From: a virus
UHGV virus genome: UHGV-0123446
Reading direction: 5' to 3' (one strand)
Length of the DNA: 35,688 nt
Shown here: positions 9,476 through 18,426 of the stretch, piece by piece
Layout of the letters: each line of letters starts with the position of its first letter
Numbering within the stretch: position 1 is the first letter of the stretch
The notes under the pieces: generated by a model
What the model saw: the letters and a program-made list of their open reading frames with translations, nothing else
What the model was told of the DNA's origin: nothing
The model's database searches: none
Program-made: the position numbers and the translations under genes

Positions 9476-9494
9476 GGCGTGGCGGGGATACGAG
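9476..9494. other. Candidate cos site (cohesive-end sequence)
   Basis: GGCGTGGCGGGGATACGAG: the first 13 nt match my recollection of the 186 cohesive end (GGCGTGGCGGGGAAAGCAT; P2 GGCGAGGCGGGGAAAGCAC); lies in the A-to-Q interval where cos is expected. Confidence 0.4.
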
Positions 9495-9504
9495 CGCGCG
9501 CTCA

Positions 9505-9533
9505 CTGACAGTTTTCAGAAAAGTATATATAAT
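9505..9533 (+). promoter_or_regulatory. Near-consensus sigma70 promoter (CTGACA, 17-bp spacer, TATAAT) for the 9571 gene
   Basis: -35 at 9505..9510 and -10 at 9528..9533; gene start at 9571. Confidence 0.45.
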
Positions 9534-9570
9534 CGCCTGAAAGATCTATACGTGCAGTGGAAATCATCAA

Positions 9571-10605
9571 ATGGATAAAAGATATCAGGTTTTTGTTAGT
9601 TCAACTTTTGCTGATCTTGAAGAAGAAAGACAGGAAGTAATGCAAGCACTGCTGGAGCTTGATTGTATGCCAGCAGGAATGGAATTATTTCCAGCAACAA
9701 ATAGTGATCAGTGGAGTTTAATAAAAAAAATAATTGACGATAGTGATTATTATATTGTTATCTTGGCAGGGCGTTATGGTTCAATTGGTCCTGATGGAAT
9801 AAGCTATACAGAAATGGAGTATCGTTATGCTTTGGAAACTGGTAAGCCAGTTATAGGTTTTATTCATAAAGATAAAAGTAACCTCCCCGCAAAACGTTGT
9901 GAGTCAAACCCTGAAGGCGTAGAAAAACTAAAGGCTTTCGAAGAGCTAGTTAAAACAAAATTATGTCGTTTTTGGGAGTCTCCTGCAGAGTTAGGTAGCC
10001 AGGTTAGCAGAAGTTTGATTAGACTAATTAAAGAATGTCCTGCAATTGGGTGGGTTAAAGGAAATTTAGTAACTAATGATGGTGATGCAAAGGAAATATT
10101 GAAATTAAAAAGGCGAATTGAGGAGCTTGAAAGTCAACTTGTATCAAGTATGACTGAAGCGCCTGCAGGTGCAGAAAAACTATCTCAAGGAGATGAGCTT
10201 TTTGAATTGGATTATGAATTCTGTGTGTCGCCTACAGAATGGAGACATAATGGTGAAGAATATACCGATAAGGTCAAATTAAGCTGGAACGATATTTTTT
10301 CATATGTTTCGCCTTTGATGATAGATGAGATAGTGGATGATAAGCTATATAGTGCTTTAAATAACTGTGTGCGAAATGCAGTTCAAGATATCATCTATGA
10401 GGATTTTAAAGATATGAATTTATTATCTTTAAAAGTATCTAATTCTGATTTCCAAACAATAAAAGTGCAGTTTAGGGCGCTTGGGTTAATTATTAAAAGT
10501 GAAAAGAGTAGAAGTGTTAAAGATAAAGGTACTTATTGGACTTTAACACCGTATGGCGAAAATTTAATGACAACATTGAGAGCGATTAAAAAAACTTTGG
10601 TATAG
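9571..10605 (+). CDS. Cargo protein of 344 aa with DUF4062/TIR-like N-terminal domain; candidate anti-phage defence protein
   Basis: Clean ORF with its own promoter and terminator; AT-rich; N-terminal pattern YQVFVSSTFADLEEER...DYYIVILAGRYGS...SYTEMEYRYA...GKPVIGFI recalled as the DUF4062 signature; no Walker A; coiled-coil-like stretch KEILKLKRRIEELESQL; unknown C-terminal half. Confidence 0.6.
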   Translation: MDKRYQVFVSSTFADLEEERQEVMQALLELDCMPAGMELFPATNSDQWSLIKKIIDDSDYYIVILAGRYGSIGPDGISYTEMEYRYALETGKPVIGFIHKDKSNLPAKRCESNPEGVEKLKAFEELVKTKLCRFWESPAELGSQVSRSLIRLIKECPAIGWVKGNLVTNDGDAKEILKLKRRIEELESQLVSSMTEAPAGAEKLSQGDELFELDYEFCVSPTEWRHNGEEYTDKVKLSWNDIFSYVSPLMIDEIVDDKLYSALNNCVRNAVQDIIYEDFKDMNLLSLKVSNSDFQTIKVQFRALGLIIKSEKSRSVKDKGTYWTLTPYGENLMTTLRAIKKTLV

Positions 10606-10610
10606 ATAAC

Positions 10611-10645
10611 AAAGGCCGTTCATATATGAACGGCCTTTGTTTTAT
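10611..10645. terminator. Perfect 28-bp palindrome (aaaggccgttcatat|atatgaacggccttt) with T-runs on both sides; bidirectional terminator between the cargo gene and Q
   Basis: Perfect inverted repeat 10611..10638 between convergent genes, followed by gtttta on the + strand. Confidence 0.6.
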
Positions 10646-11679
10646 TGTGTGGGAAAGCTATATGATTCGAATTTTATAATAACTTTACCAAGCCATTTAT
10701 TTACTTCTTGTATATGCTTTTGCAGTGGTGTTAGCTCATTTCGCACAAAGACGCGGCTGGCCTTCTCCACATCCCCAAACCCCCCGACATTATTAGGCAT
10801 AATCCCCATCATTTGCGGTGGCACACGATGCGCCGCCATCATGTCATCCCGGCTCACGTTCTTGATATTCAAAAACTCATCCTTCGCTGCGACCTCTGAC
10901 AACGGGATAATCTGAAGCCCGTCCTTTTTGCCGTTAGGCGAGTACATAAACAGGTTGCGGAAGTTGCCTGGACCTTTGGCGCTTTTCATCGCGTTGCGGA
11001 GGTTGTTCACATCCTCCTGGTTCTGCGCGGCATCGGTCATATACATGATGAAGCCTGCATGACTGCCGTTAATGTAATACTTGCGGCGGAACAGCGTGGC
11101 AGACTCGTTGAGCAGGGCGGATGGAATAGCAGAAAGATAACCGGGCAGACCGTAGATCTCCTGGTTGATGTCCGGTTCCATCAGATGAAAGATGCTGCCT
11201 TTCGTGAACTGATATGGCTGCGTGGCCATACCGTATTGCACAAACCAGTAGGTATCCAGGTCTAACCCGCGTCGGGTGTATTTTGCCAGGGCAGGTTCAA
11301 GGGCGATAACTTCACCGAAGCGGTTCGTGCGTTTCTCCAGGTAGGCGTTACCAAATACCAGATAGTCCTGCACAAAACGCGAAAAAGCCTGCTGGCTGAG
11401 CAGCGGGTGAGGGATGTAGGTGCTGGTCAGAATGTTGCACTTTACTGCAATCGGGGAACTATGATGCACGGCAGCGCGGAAGGTGCGCGCCAGTCCGTCA
11501 AAGCTGACGGGCGGTTCATACCAGCGGTCCATCTGTACGCATTCCACATAATCCAGCAGTTCTCGGCGGTCCAGAACAGGAACGGGATCGCCGAAACTGA
11601 ATGCTTCGGCTGTAGTTTGACTTTTAAGCTGGATCTGTTTCGTCGCCGCAGCGCGGTTCTTCTTACTCTTTCCCATCAA
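10642..11679 (-). CDS. Q: Portal (capsid portal) protein gpQ
   Basis: 345 aa, adjacent to and co-oriented with the large terminase; P2 Q-P arrangement. Confidence 0.9.
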   Translation of the reverse strand: MMGKSKKNRAAATKQIQLKSQTTAEAFSFGDPVPVLDRRELLDYVECVQMDRWYEPPVSFDGLARTFRAAVHHSSPIAVKCNILTSTYIPHPLLSQQAFSRFVQDYLVFGNAYLEKRTNRFGEVIALEPALAKYTRRGLDLDTYWFVQYGMATQPYQFTKGSIFHLMEPDINQEIYGLPGYLSAIPSALLNESATLFRRKYYINGSHAGFIMYMTDAAQNQEDVNNLRNAMKSAKGPGNFRNLFMYSPNGKKDGLQIIPLSEVAAKDEFLNIKNVSRDDMMAAHRVPPQMMGIMPNNVGGFGDVEKASRVFVRNELTPLQKHIQEVNKWLGKVIIKFESYSFPTQ

Positions 11680-13442
11680 AAAATCTCCACAATATTGCTG
11701 GTATTGGCGGATTCGCCCTGCAGCGGTTCGTTAAACAGTGCGTGCATCGTTGCCCAGGCCAGATCGGCGTGGCTGGCTTCTTCGCTGCGGCTGGCTTCAT
11801 AGGTCGGGCGGTTGCCACTGGCGGTGGTGGCGCGACGGATTGCCATAAAGGACTGCGCTATGTCGGTGTGTCCGGCGTCAAACTCCAGACGGCGGTGGCT
11901 GATAATGTCGTAGGCCTTGAGTACCAGGGCGTTTTTAACGTTGGGGTTGTAGACAAACTCCCGGACGGCAGGAAAAAACGCTTTCACGTTCTCGTAAACC
12001 CCGTGACCAACGCCGGTTGAGTCGATACCGATATAGGTCACGTTGTACTGTTCGGTCAGTTTTTTGATGGCGTCAGCCTGGGCGCGGAAGTCCATTCCGC
12101 GCCACTGGTGACGCTCAAGAATGCGGAACTTACCGCCCGGCACGGCTGGCGGCGCCACCACCACGCATCCGGCGCTGTCGCCGTTCTGCGTACCTTTCGC
12201 CGGGTCATATCCGATCCACACTTCGCGCCAGCCAAACGGGCGCAGGGCCAGTGCATGAAAGTCGGTCCAGACTTCCCAACTGTCCACCATGCACGCCTGC
12301 AGCTCGCTGAGCGGGAACACAGACGCGAGATCGTCCACGAACTCACACATCAGCAGGTTCTGGTATTCGTCCGGGCTGTACTCCATGCGCAACTGGTCGA
12401 GGTCGAACAGGTTACAGCCGCCGCGCACCGCATCTTCCACAGTGACTATCTGGCGGTACTGCCCGTCTGCGCACAGCAGGCCGGGGGCCAGATTGCTGTG
12501 GGACAGGTCGATGTCCACCTTATCGGCTTTGTTGCGCCCTCGGTTGAACAGTGCACCGGACCAGAACGGATAAGCACTGTGTGTCAGGCTGGATGGCGTG
12601 GAAAAATAGGTTTGTCGCCATTTTTTGTGAATAGCCATACCGGAAGCCACTTTGCGCAGCTCCTGGAATTTCGGTATCCAGAAATATTCATCCAGATACA
12701 GGTTGCCGTGGTAACTCTGGGCCGTGCGGGCATTGGTGCCGAGGAAGTACAGTGTGGCCCCGTTAGGAAGCACCATCGGATCGCCTTTCAGCTCCACCTC
12801 CACTTCTTTGGCGAAGTCGATGATGTACTGCTTAAAGACGTGGGCCTGAGCCTTGCTGGCGGAAAGGAAAATCTGGTTACGCCCGGTTAGCAGGGCGTCA
12901 ATCAGGGCTTCACGGGCAAAATAGAAGGTCGCGCCGATCTGGCGTGACTTCAGCAGGTTGCGGATGCGGTTGGTTTTTCCGGCTTCCCACCAGTGGCGCT
13001 GGTAGTTGAACATGGAGGAATGGAAGATTTCTTCCAGCTTCTCAATCTGTTCATCGGTGAAAACGTTCTTTTCCGGCTGACGGCGCGGGCCTTTGTTGCG
13101 GTTGGCGACGTTAGGGTTTAAGTCGGCTTCGTTGCCGCCATTGTTAAACTTGCCGATCCGCGCATGGCGCTCCGACTGGCGCGCCAGCAGGTCAATCTCT
13201 TTGAAATCTTTCCCTTCTTTGTGCTCCTTCATAATGAGCTGGCAGTAGCGTGCGGCGGTGGTGAGCTGCATCTGATCCAGCGGCCCATAGTCACCCCACT
13301 TGTCGCGTTTTTTCCAGCTGTGAACGGTTGCAACTTTCTCGCCCAGCATTTCAGCAATGCGGGCTACGCGGTATCCCTGAAAGTACAGCAGCATGGCCTG
13401 CCGACGGGGATCGAGATCTGCGGGTGTCAGTGTGGTGTTCAT
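11676..13442 (-). CDS. P: Terminase large (ATPase) subunit gpP
   Basis: 588 aa; terminase-like ATPase region (Walker B-like LYLDEYFWIP); divergent from the O-N-M-L operon. Confidence 0.9.
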   Translation of the reverse strand: MNTTLTPADLDPRRQAMLLYFQGYRVARIAEMLGEKVATVHSWKKRDKWGDYGPLDQMQLTTAARYCQLIMKEHKEGKDFKEIDLLARQSERHARIGKFNNGGNEADLNPNVANRNKGPRRQPEKNVFTDEQIEKLEEIFHSSMFNYQRHWWEAGKTNRIRNLLKSRQIGATFYFAREALIDALLTGRNQIFLSASKAQAHVFKQYIIDFAKEVEVELKGDPMVLPNGATLYFLGTNARTAQSYHGNLYLDEYFWIPKFQELRKVASGMAIHKKWRQTYFSTPSSLTHSAYPFWSGALFNRGRNKADKVDIDLSHSNLAPGLLCADGQYRQIVTVEDAVRGGCNLFDLDQLRMEYSPDEYQNLLMCEFVDDLASVFPLSELQACMVDSWEVWTDFHALALRPFGWREVWIGYDPAKGTQNGDSAGCVVVAPPAVPGGKFRILERHQWRGMDFRAQADAIKKLTEQYNVTYIGIDSTGVGHGVYENVKAFFPAVREFVYNPNVKNALVLKAYDIISHRRLEFDAGHTDIAQSFMAIRRATTASGNRPTYEASRSEEASHADLAWATMHALFNEPLQGESANTSNIVEIF

Positions 13443-13488
13443 GGCACAAACCTACAGCCTTGAATGAAGGCTTTCCCCGCCTGCGGTT

Positions 13489-13506
13489 TGTGTGGTTGTC
13501 GGTACA
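13489..13506. promoter_or_regulatory. Late-promoter activator (Ogr-type) site TGT-N12-ACA in the P/O divergent region
   Basis: tgtgtggttgtcggtaca, about 80 bp upstream of the O start codon. Confidence 0.45.
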
Positions 13507-13584
13507 AATACCGCGCATTGTTTCACTGCCCCCATCACCGCAACCATAAGGCTCCAGTAAGTTTTTTCTAACGGAGCACGGCTC

Positions 13585-14418
13585 ATGACAGTGAAAGCAA
13601 AGCGTTTTCGCATCGGGGTGGAAGGTGCCACCACCGACGGACGCGAAATCCAGCGTGAATGGCTGGAACAGATGGCAGCCAGCTACAACCCGGCGGTGTA
13701 TACCGCGCTGATTAACCTTGAGCACATCAAGTCTTATCTGCCGGACAGCACCTTTAACCGCTACGGCAAGGTGACGGCGCTGTTTGCTGAAGAAATCGCG
13801 GAAGGTCCGCTGGCAGGCAAGATGGCGCTGTATGCCGACGTTGAGCCAACGGAGTCCCTGGTGGAACTGGTGAAAAAAGGCCAGAAATTATTCACCTCTA
13901 TGGAAGTCAGCCCGAAGTTCGCTGATACGGGCAAAGCCTACCTGATCGGCCTGGCTGCCACTGATGACCCTGCCAGTCTGGGTACGGAAATGCTGACATT
14001 CAGCGCCAGTGCAGCCCATAACCCGCTGGCAAACCGCAAGCAGAATCCTGCCAATCTCTTTACCGCTGCAGAGGAAACGGTGATCGAACTGGAAGAAATC
14101 CAGGACGACAAACCGTCCCTGTTTGCCCGCGTCACAGCGCTGTTTACCAAAAAAGAGCAGTCCGATGACGCCCGGTTCTCTGATGTGCATAAGGCCGTGG
14201 AGCTGGTCGCCACTGAGCAGCAGAACCTGAGCGCACGCACCGAAAAATCCCTGTCTGAGCAGGAAGAACGCCTGTCTGAGCTGGAGACTGCCCTGCAGGC
14301 ACAGCAAACCGCCTTTAACGAACTGGTGGACAAGCTGAGTCATGAAGACAGTCGCCAGGACTACCGCCAGCGTGCAACAGGCGGTAACGCCCCCGCTGAC
14401 ACTCTGACCAATTGCTGA
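13585..14418 (+). CDS. O: Capsid scaffolding protein gpO
   Basis: 277 aa, acidic C-terminal half, first gene of the rightward head operon before the major capsid gene. Confidence 0.85.
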   Translation: MTVKAKRFRIGVEGATTDGREIQREWLEQMAASYNPAVYTALINLEHIKSYLPDSTFNRYGKVTALFAEEIAEGPLAGKMALYADVEPTESLVELVKKGQKLFTSMEVSPKFADTGKAYLIGLAATDDPASLGTEMLTFSASAAHNPLANRKQNPANLFTAAEETVIELEEIQDDKPSLFARVTALFTKKEQSDDARFSDVHKAVELVATEQQNLSARTEKSLSEQEERLSELETALQAQQTAFNELVDKLSHEDSRQDYRQRATGGNAPADTLTNC

Positions 14419-14434
14419 TGGAGCACAAAACCCG

Positions 14435-15493
14435 ATGAAGAAGAATACCCGCTTTGCTTTTAACGCTTACCTGCAGCAGCTGGCGCGTCTGAACGGTGTG
14501 GCAGTTGAAGAACTGTCCAGCAAGTTCACCGTGGAGCCGTCTGTGCAGCAGACGCTGGAAGACCAGATCCAGCAGTCCGCCGCTTTCCTGACGCTGATTA
14601 ACGTCACGCCAGTGACTGAGCAGTCCGGTCAGCTGCTGGGGCTGGGTGTTGGCAGCACCATTGCCGGAACCACTGACACCACCGCGAAAGAGCGTGAACC
14701 TGTCGATCCGACGCTGATGGTCGATGTGGAATATAAATGCGAGCAGACCAACTTTGACACGGTGCTGACCTACGCGAAGCTGGACCTGTGGGCGAAGTTT
14801 CAGGATTTCCAGGTGCGTATCCGTGACGCCATCGTGAAACGTCAGGCACTGGACCGCATCATGATCGGCTTTAACGGCGTGAAGCGTGCGAAAACCTCCA
14901 ACCGTAGTGAAAACCCGCTGCTGCAGGATGTGAACAAAGGCTGGCTGCAGAAAATCCGTGAGGATGCACCGGATCACGTCATGGGCAGCACCACCACGGG
15001 CGGCGAAACCACACCGGGTGCGGTGACAGTCGGGAAAGGTGGCGAATATGCCAACCTGGACGCTGTGGTGATGGATGCGGTCAATGAGCTTATCGACGTG
15101 GTCTACCAGGACGATGACGATCTGGTGGTGATTTGCGGTCGTGAACTGCTGTCTGACAAGTATTTCCCGCTGGTCAACAAAGAGCAGGAAAACAGTGAAA
15201 AACTGGCTGCCGATATGATTATCAGTCAGAAACGCATGGGCGGTCTGCAGGCCGTGCGTGCGCCGTTCTTCCCGCCGAATGCGCTGCTGATCACCCGTCT
15301 GGATAACCTGTCCATCTACTGGCAGGAAGACACCCGCCGCCGTTCAGTTATCGACAACCCGAAACGTGACCGGATTGAAAATTTTGAATCCGTTAACGAA
15401 GCCTACGTGGTTGAGGACTACCGCTGCGCCGCACTGGTGGAAAACATCCAGATTGGCGACTTCAGCGCCGCCGCAGCAGAAACCGGAGCGTAA
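14435..15493 (+). CDS. N: Major capsid protein gpN
   Basis: 352 aa, position after scaffold; P2-type order O-N-M. Confidence 0.9.
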   Translation: MKKNTRFAFNAYLQQLARLNGVAVEELSSKFTVEPSVQQTLEDQIQQSAAFLTLINVTPVTEQSGQLLGLGVGSTIAGTTDTTAKEREPVDPTLMVDVEYKCEQTNFDTVLTYAKLDLWAKFQDFQVRIRDAIVKRQALDRIMIGFNGVKRAKTSNRSENPLLQDVNKGWLQKIREDAPDHVMGSTTTGGETTPGAVTVGKGGEYANLDAVVMDAVNELIDVVYQDDDDLVVICGRELLSDKYFPLVNKEQENSEKLAADMIISQKRMGGLQAVRAPFFPPNALLITRLDNLSIYWQEDTRRRSVIDNPKRDRIENFESVNEAYVVEDYRCAALVENIQIGDFSAAAAETGA

Positions 15494-15496
15494 TTC

Positions 15497-16147
15497 ATGA
15501 GCCTGAGTCCCGCACGGCAGCATCGCCTGCGCGTTCAGGCTGAACAGGCCGCTCGCGAGGGTGGCAGTGTTCGCCACGCGTCGGGCTATGACCTGATGCT
15601 GCTGCAACTGGCGGAAGACCGCCGCCGTCTCAAGGGCGTTCAGTCCACGGTCAAAAAAGCGGAAATCAAAGTGGAGCTGCTGCCGAAGTACGCCGCCTGG
15701 GCAGAGGGTGTCCTGGCTGCCGGAGGCGCTCAACAGGATGACGTGCTGATGTACGTGATGCTGTGGCGCATTGATGCCGGAGATTATGCCGGAGCGCTGG
15801 AGATCGGGCGTCATGCCCTTCGTCATGGCTGGGTGATGCCGCTGGGTAACCGCAACGTGCAGACCGTGCTGGCAGAGGAAATGTCAGACGCGGCGCAGAG
15901 CGCAATGCTTGCCGCCACCGGCTTTGATGCGGATCTATTACTGCAGACGCTGGAACTGACAGACGGTCTGGATATGCCGGACCAGTCACGGGCGCGTCTG
16001 CATAAAGCGATTGGCGCTGTCCTGAGTGAAAGCAATCCGGCGTCCGCCCTTAATCATCTCAACCATGCGTTACAGCTCGATCCCCGCTGTGGCGTGAAAA
16101 AAGACAAACAGCAGCTGGAGCGCAGACTGCGCAATGACAGCCGCTGA
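15497..16147 (+). CDS. M: Terminase small/endonuclease subunit gpM
   Basis: 216 aa following N; P2-type order. Confidence 0.8.
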   Translation: MSLSPARQHRLRVQAEQAAREGGSVRHASGYDLMLLQLAEDRRRLKGVQSTVKKAEIKVELLPKYAAWAEGVLAAGGAQQDDVLMYVMLWRIDAGDYAGALEIGRHALRHGWVMPLGNRNVQTVLAEEMSDAAQSAMLAATGFDADLLLQTLELTDGLDMPDQSRARLHKAIGAVLSESNPASALNHLNHALQLDPRCGVKKDKQQLERRLRNDSR

Positions 16148-16242
16148 CAGAACGTGCCCCCGCGCACGGGCGGCACGGGGTGGCGAAAGGCACTGCCACA
16201 TCAAAACCCCGTCCACCGCCCTCTATTTCAGGAGAAAGCAGC

Positions 16243-16707
16243 ATGAAGTTTGTTGCGCCAGAACAGGCACCGGAACAGGCGGAAATCATCAGGAATACGC
16301 CGTTCTGGCCTGATGTGGACCTGTCGGAGTTTCGCAGCGTGATGCGCACTGACGGCACGGTGACGCAGCCGCGTTTAAAGCAGGTTGCGCTGTCGGCAAT
16401 TTCGGAGGTCAACGCAGAGCTGTATGAGTTTCGCAGACGCCAGCAGATGCTGGGGTATGCCTCGCTGGCAGAGGTTCCGGCGGAACAGCTGGACGGCAAA
16501 AGTGAGCGCATTCAGCACTATTTCAACGCGGTTTACTGCTGGGCACGCGCCATGCTCAACGAACGTTACCAGGACTATGACGCCACGGCGTCCGGTGTGA
16601 AGCGGGGCGAGGAACTGGCGGAAGCAAGCGGTGATTTGTGGCGTGACGCCCGCTGGGCCATCAGCCGGGTGCAGGATGCGCCGCACTGCACAGTGGAGCT
16701 TATCTGA
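16243..16707 (+). CDS. L: Head completion/stabilisation protein gpL (start taken at ATG 16243, MKFVAPEQ, after an aggag SD)
   Basis: Position after M and before X; ORF-track start 16180 lacks a convincing RBS. Confidence 0.7.
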   Translation: MKFVAPEQAPEQAEIIRNTPFWPDVDLSEFRSVMRTDGTVTQPRLKQVALSAISEVNAELYEFRRRQQMLGYASLAEVPAEQLDGKSERIQHYFNAVYCWARAMLNERYQDYDATASGVKRGEELAEASGDLWRDARWAISRVQDAPHCTVELI

Positions 16708-16910
16708 TGAAAGTGCGTGCGCATCAGTATGACACGGTGGACGCGCTTTGCTGGCGTCATTACGGGCGCACGCAGGGTGTCACGGAGCAGGTACTGAAGG
16801 CAAATCCGGGGCTTGCCGAATACGGCCCCTTTTTACCTCACGGGCTGCAGGTGGAGCTGCCGGACATTCCGACCACCACCACCGTGCAGACCGTCCAGCT
16901 ATGGGACTGA
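16707..16910 (+). CDS. X: Tail protein gpX (67 aa)
   Basis: Size identical to P2 gpX and same position before the lysis cassette. Confidence 0.7.
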   Translation: MKVRAHQYDTVDALCWRHYGRTQGVTEQVLKANPGLAEYGPFLPHGLQVELPDIPTTTTVQTVQLWD

Positions 16911-16913
16911 ATT

Positions 16914-17129
16914 ATGACGCTTGAGCGAATCAGCGCCTTTATCACGTATTGCATCGCCGTCGTGCTGGCCTGGCTGGGCGATTTGTCCATCAAGGATGCC
17001 TCAACGCTGGGCGGCCTGATGATTGGTGTGCTGATGCTGGCTATCAACTGGTACTACAAACACAAAGCCTACCAGCTTCTGCGCGACGGGCAGATCACGC
17101 GGGAGGACTATGAATCCATCAATCGTTAA
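16914..17129 (+). CDS. Putative holin (gpY-like small membrane protein)
   Basis: 71 aa with two hydrophobic segments and a charged C-terminus; directly upstream of the lysozyme gene. Confidence 0.6.
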   Translation: MTLERISAFITYCIAVVLAWLGDLSIKDASTLGGLMIGVLMLAINWYYKHKAYQLLRDGQITREDYESINR

Positions 17130-17622
17130 ACGCTGCCTTGTCGGGGTCGTGCTGGCTATTGCTGCCACGCTGCCGGGGTTTCAGCAGCTTCACACCTCCG
17201 TGGAGGGACTGAAACTGATTGCCGATTACGAAGGCTGTCGTCTGCAGCCGTATCAGTGCAGCGCGGGTGTCTGGACCGACGGCATTGGTAATACATCGGG
17301 CGTCATTCCCGGCAAAACAATCACGGAACGACAGGCAGCAGAAGGGCTGATCTCCAACGTGCTGCGTGTGGAGCGGGCACTGGAAAGGTGTGTGAAGCAA
17401 CAGCCACCACAGAAGGTGTATGACGCTACGGTGTCGTTTGCCTTCAACGTGGGGACGGGCAATGCCTGTAGTTCCACGCTGGTGAAATTGCTCAATCAGC
17501 GGCGCTGGGCGGATGCGTGCCGACAGTTGCCGCGCTGGGTTTATGTAAAAGGTGTGTTTAATCAGGGGCTGGATAATCGCCGTGCGCGGGAGATGGCCTG
17601 GTGTTTACAGGGAGCAAACTGA
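17110..17622 (+). CDS. K: Phage lysozyme/endolysin gpK (T4-lysozyme-like), possible N-terminal signal-anchor
   Basis: LIADYEGCRLQPYQCSAGVWTDGIGNT catalytic-region pattern of phage lysozymes; N-terminal hydrophobic segment LVGVVLAIAATLPG. Confidence 0.85.
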   Translation: MNPSIVKRCLVGVVLAIAATLPGFQQLHTSVEGLKLIADYEGCRLQPYQCSAGVWTDGIGNTSGVIPGKTITERQAAEGLISNVLRVERALERCVKQQPPQKVYDATVSFAFNVGTGNACSSTLVKLLNQRRWADACRQLPRWVYVKGVFNQGLDNRRAREMAWCLQGAN

Positions 17623-17623
17623 A

Positions 17624-18001
17624 ATGAAAAAGAAATTAATCAGCGGACTGTTTCTGGTGTTATGGATGGCGCTGTTAATCGCAGCAATGGTGTATCCGCA
17701 GGGGATCTTTCCGGTACTGGCAGCGTCCGGCGTTTGGGTAGCCTGTTTGCTGACATGGGCGGTAATTCCGGTAGCACTGGCTGCGTTAATTAAGAATGGC
17801 CCGCTCTGGCAGGAGTTGAGGGCATCTTTGCTGAAGACCATTACCCGAAAAGAAAACGTATTTATCAGCTGGGTGATGCGATTGCTGATTGTCGTAAGTC
17901 TCGCCTGGACGGGGTGGGCTATTACCCTGGTCTTTTATCTGCTGACCGTTATTGCCTTCTGGATGACCCGTAATCAGATTGCGCAACAGGTATCAGCATG
18001 A
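17624..18001 (+). CDS. LysA-like membrane protein (lysis timing accessory)
   Basis: 125 aa with several predicted TM segments; position between lysozyme and lysB; ORF-track start 17552 is an extension. Confidence 0.55.
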   Translation: MKKKLISGLFLVLWMALLIAAMVYPQGIFPVLAASGVWVACLLTWAVIPVALAALIKNGPLWQELRASLLKTITRKENVFISWVMRLLIVVSLAWTGWAITLVFYLLTVIAFWMTRNQIAQQVSA

Positions 18002-18426
18002 ACCGGTTGCTGCTGGTTGTGCTGGCGTTATTACTGGCGGCGCTGGGCTGGCAGACGTGGCGGCTGGCTGATGCCAGCCAGACCATCAGCACGCAGGCAG
18101 ACGAGCTGCAGAGCAAAAGCCAGGCACTGGCAAAGAGCAACAGCCAGCTTATCAGCCTGTCCATTCTGACTGAAACCAATAACCGGGAGCAGGCGCGGCT
18201 CTATGCCGAAGCAGAACAGACCAGCGCACTGCTGAGACAACGACAACACCGGATCGAGGAACTGAAACGTGAGAACGAGGATTTACGCCGCTGGGCTGAT
18301 ACTCCTTTGCCTGCTGACATTATCCGGCTGCGGGAACGTCCGGCACTCACCGGAGGTACAGCTTACCGTCAGTGGTTGTCCGCGAGTGACGCCGTGTCGG
18401 CTGGATCAGGCAACGCCGCGCACTAA
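17998..18426 (+). CDS. LysB, Rz-like inner-membrane spanin
   Basis: N-terminal TM segment, then Gln/Arg/Glu-rich coiled-coil-like region; contains the start of the embedded lysC. Confidence 0.6.
   Translation: MNRLLLVVLALLLAALGWQTWRLADASQTISTQADELQSKSQALAKSNSQLISLSILTETNNREQARLYAEAEQTSALLRQRQHRIEELKRENEDLRRWADTPLPADIIRLRERPALTGGTAYRQWLSASDAVSAGSGNAAH

Noticed and set aside
9571-10605. Possibility that the cargo gene is a homologue of P2 old (OLD-family ATPase/nuclease)
   Set aside because: No Walker A/P-loop motif and size (344 aa) far below Old (~590 aa); identity with P2 tin could not be excluded from memory and is left for a search
10637-10915. 92-aa plus-strand ORF starting just after the palindromic terminator
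   Set aside because: Overlaps the 3' end of portal gene Q on the opposite strand and starts inside the terminator; more likely non-coding
12108-12890. 260-aa ORF on the plus strand inside the large terminase gene
   Set aside because: Antisense to a well-supported terminase ORF; Arg/His/Ala-rich composition typical of spurious reverse-frame ORFs in GC-rich coding DNA
14315-14977. 220-aa minus-strand ORF overlapping the scaffold/capsid genes; similar cases at 15344..15826, 16059..16511 and 31345..31992
   Set aside because: All lie antisense to syntenic P2-type structural genes and lack independent signals; treated as frame artefacts
16148-16242. GC-rich inverted repeat (cgtgcc ... ggcacg) between M and L as a possible terminator
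   Set aside because: No T-run follows and it sits inside a co-transcribed head operon; more likely RNA structure of no defined function or a coincidence
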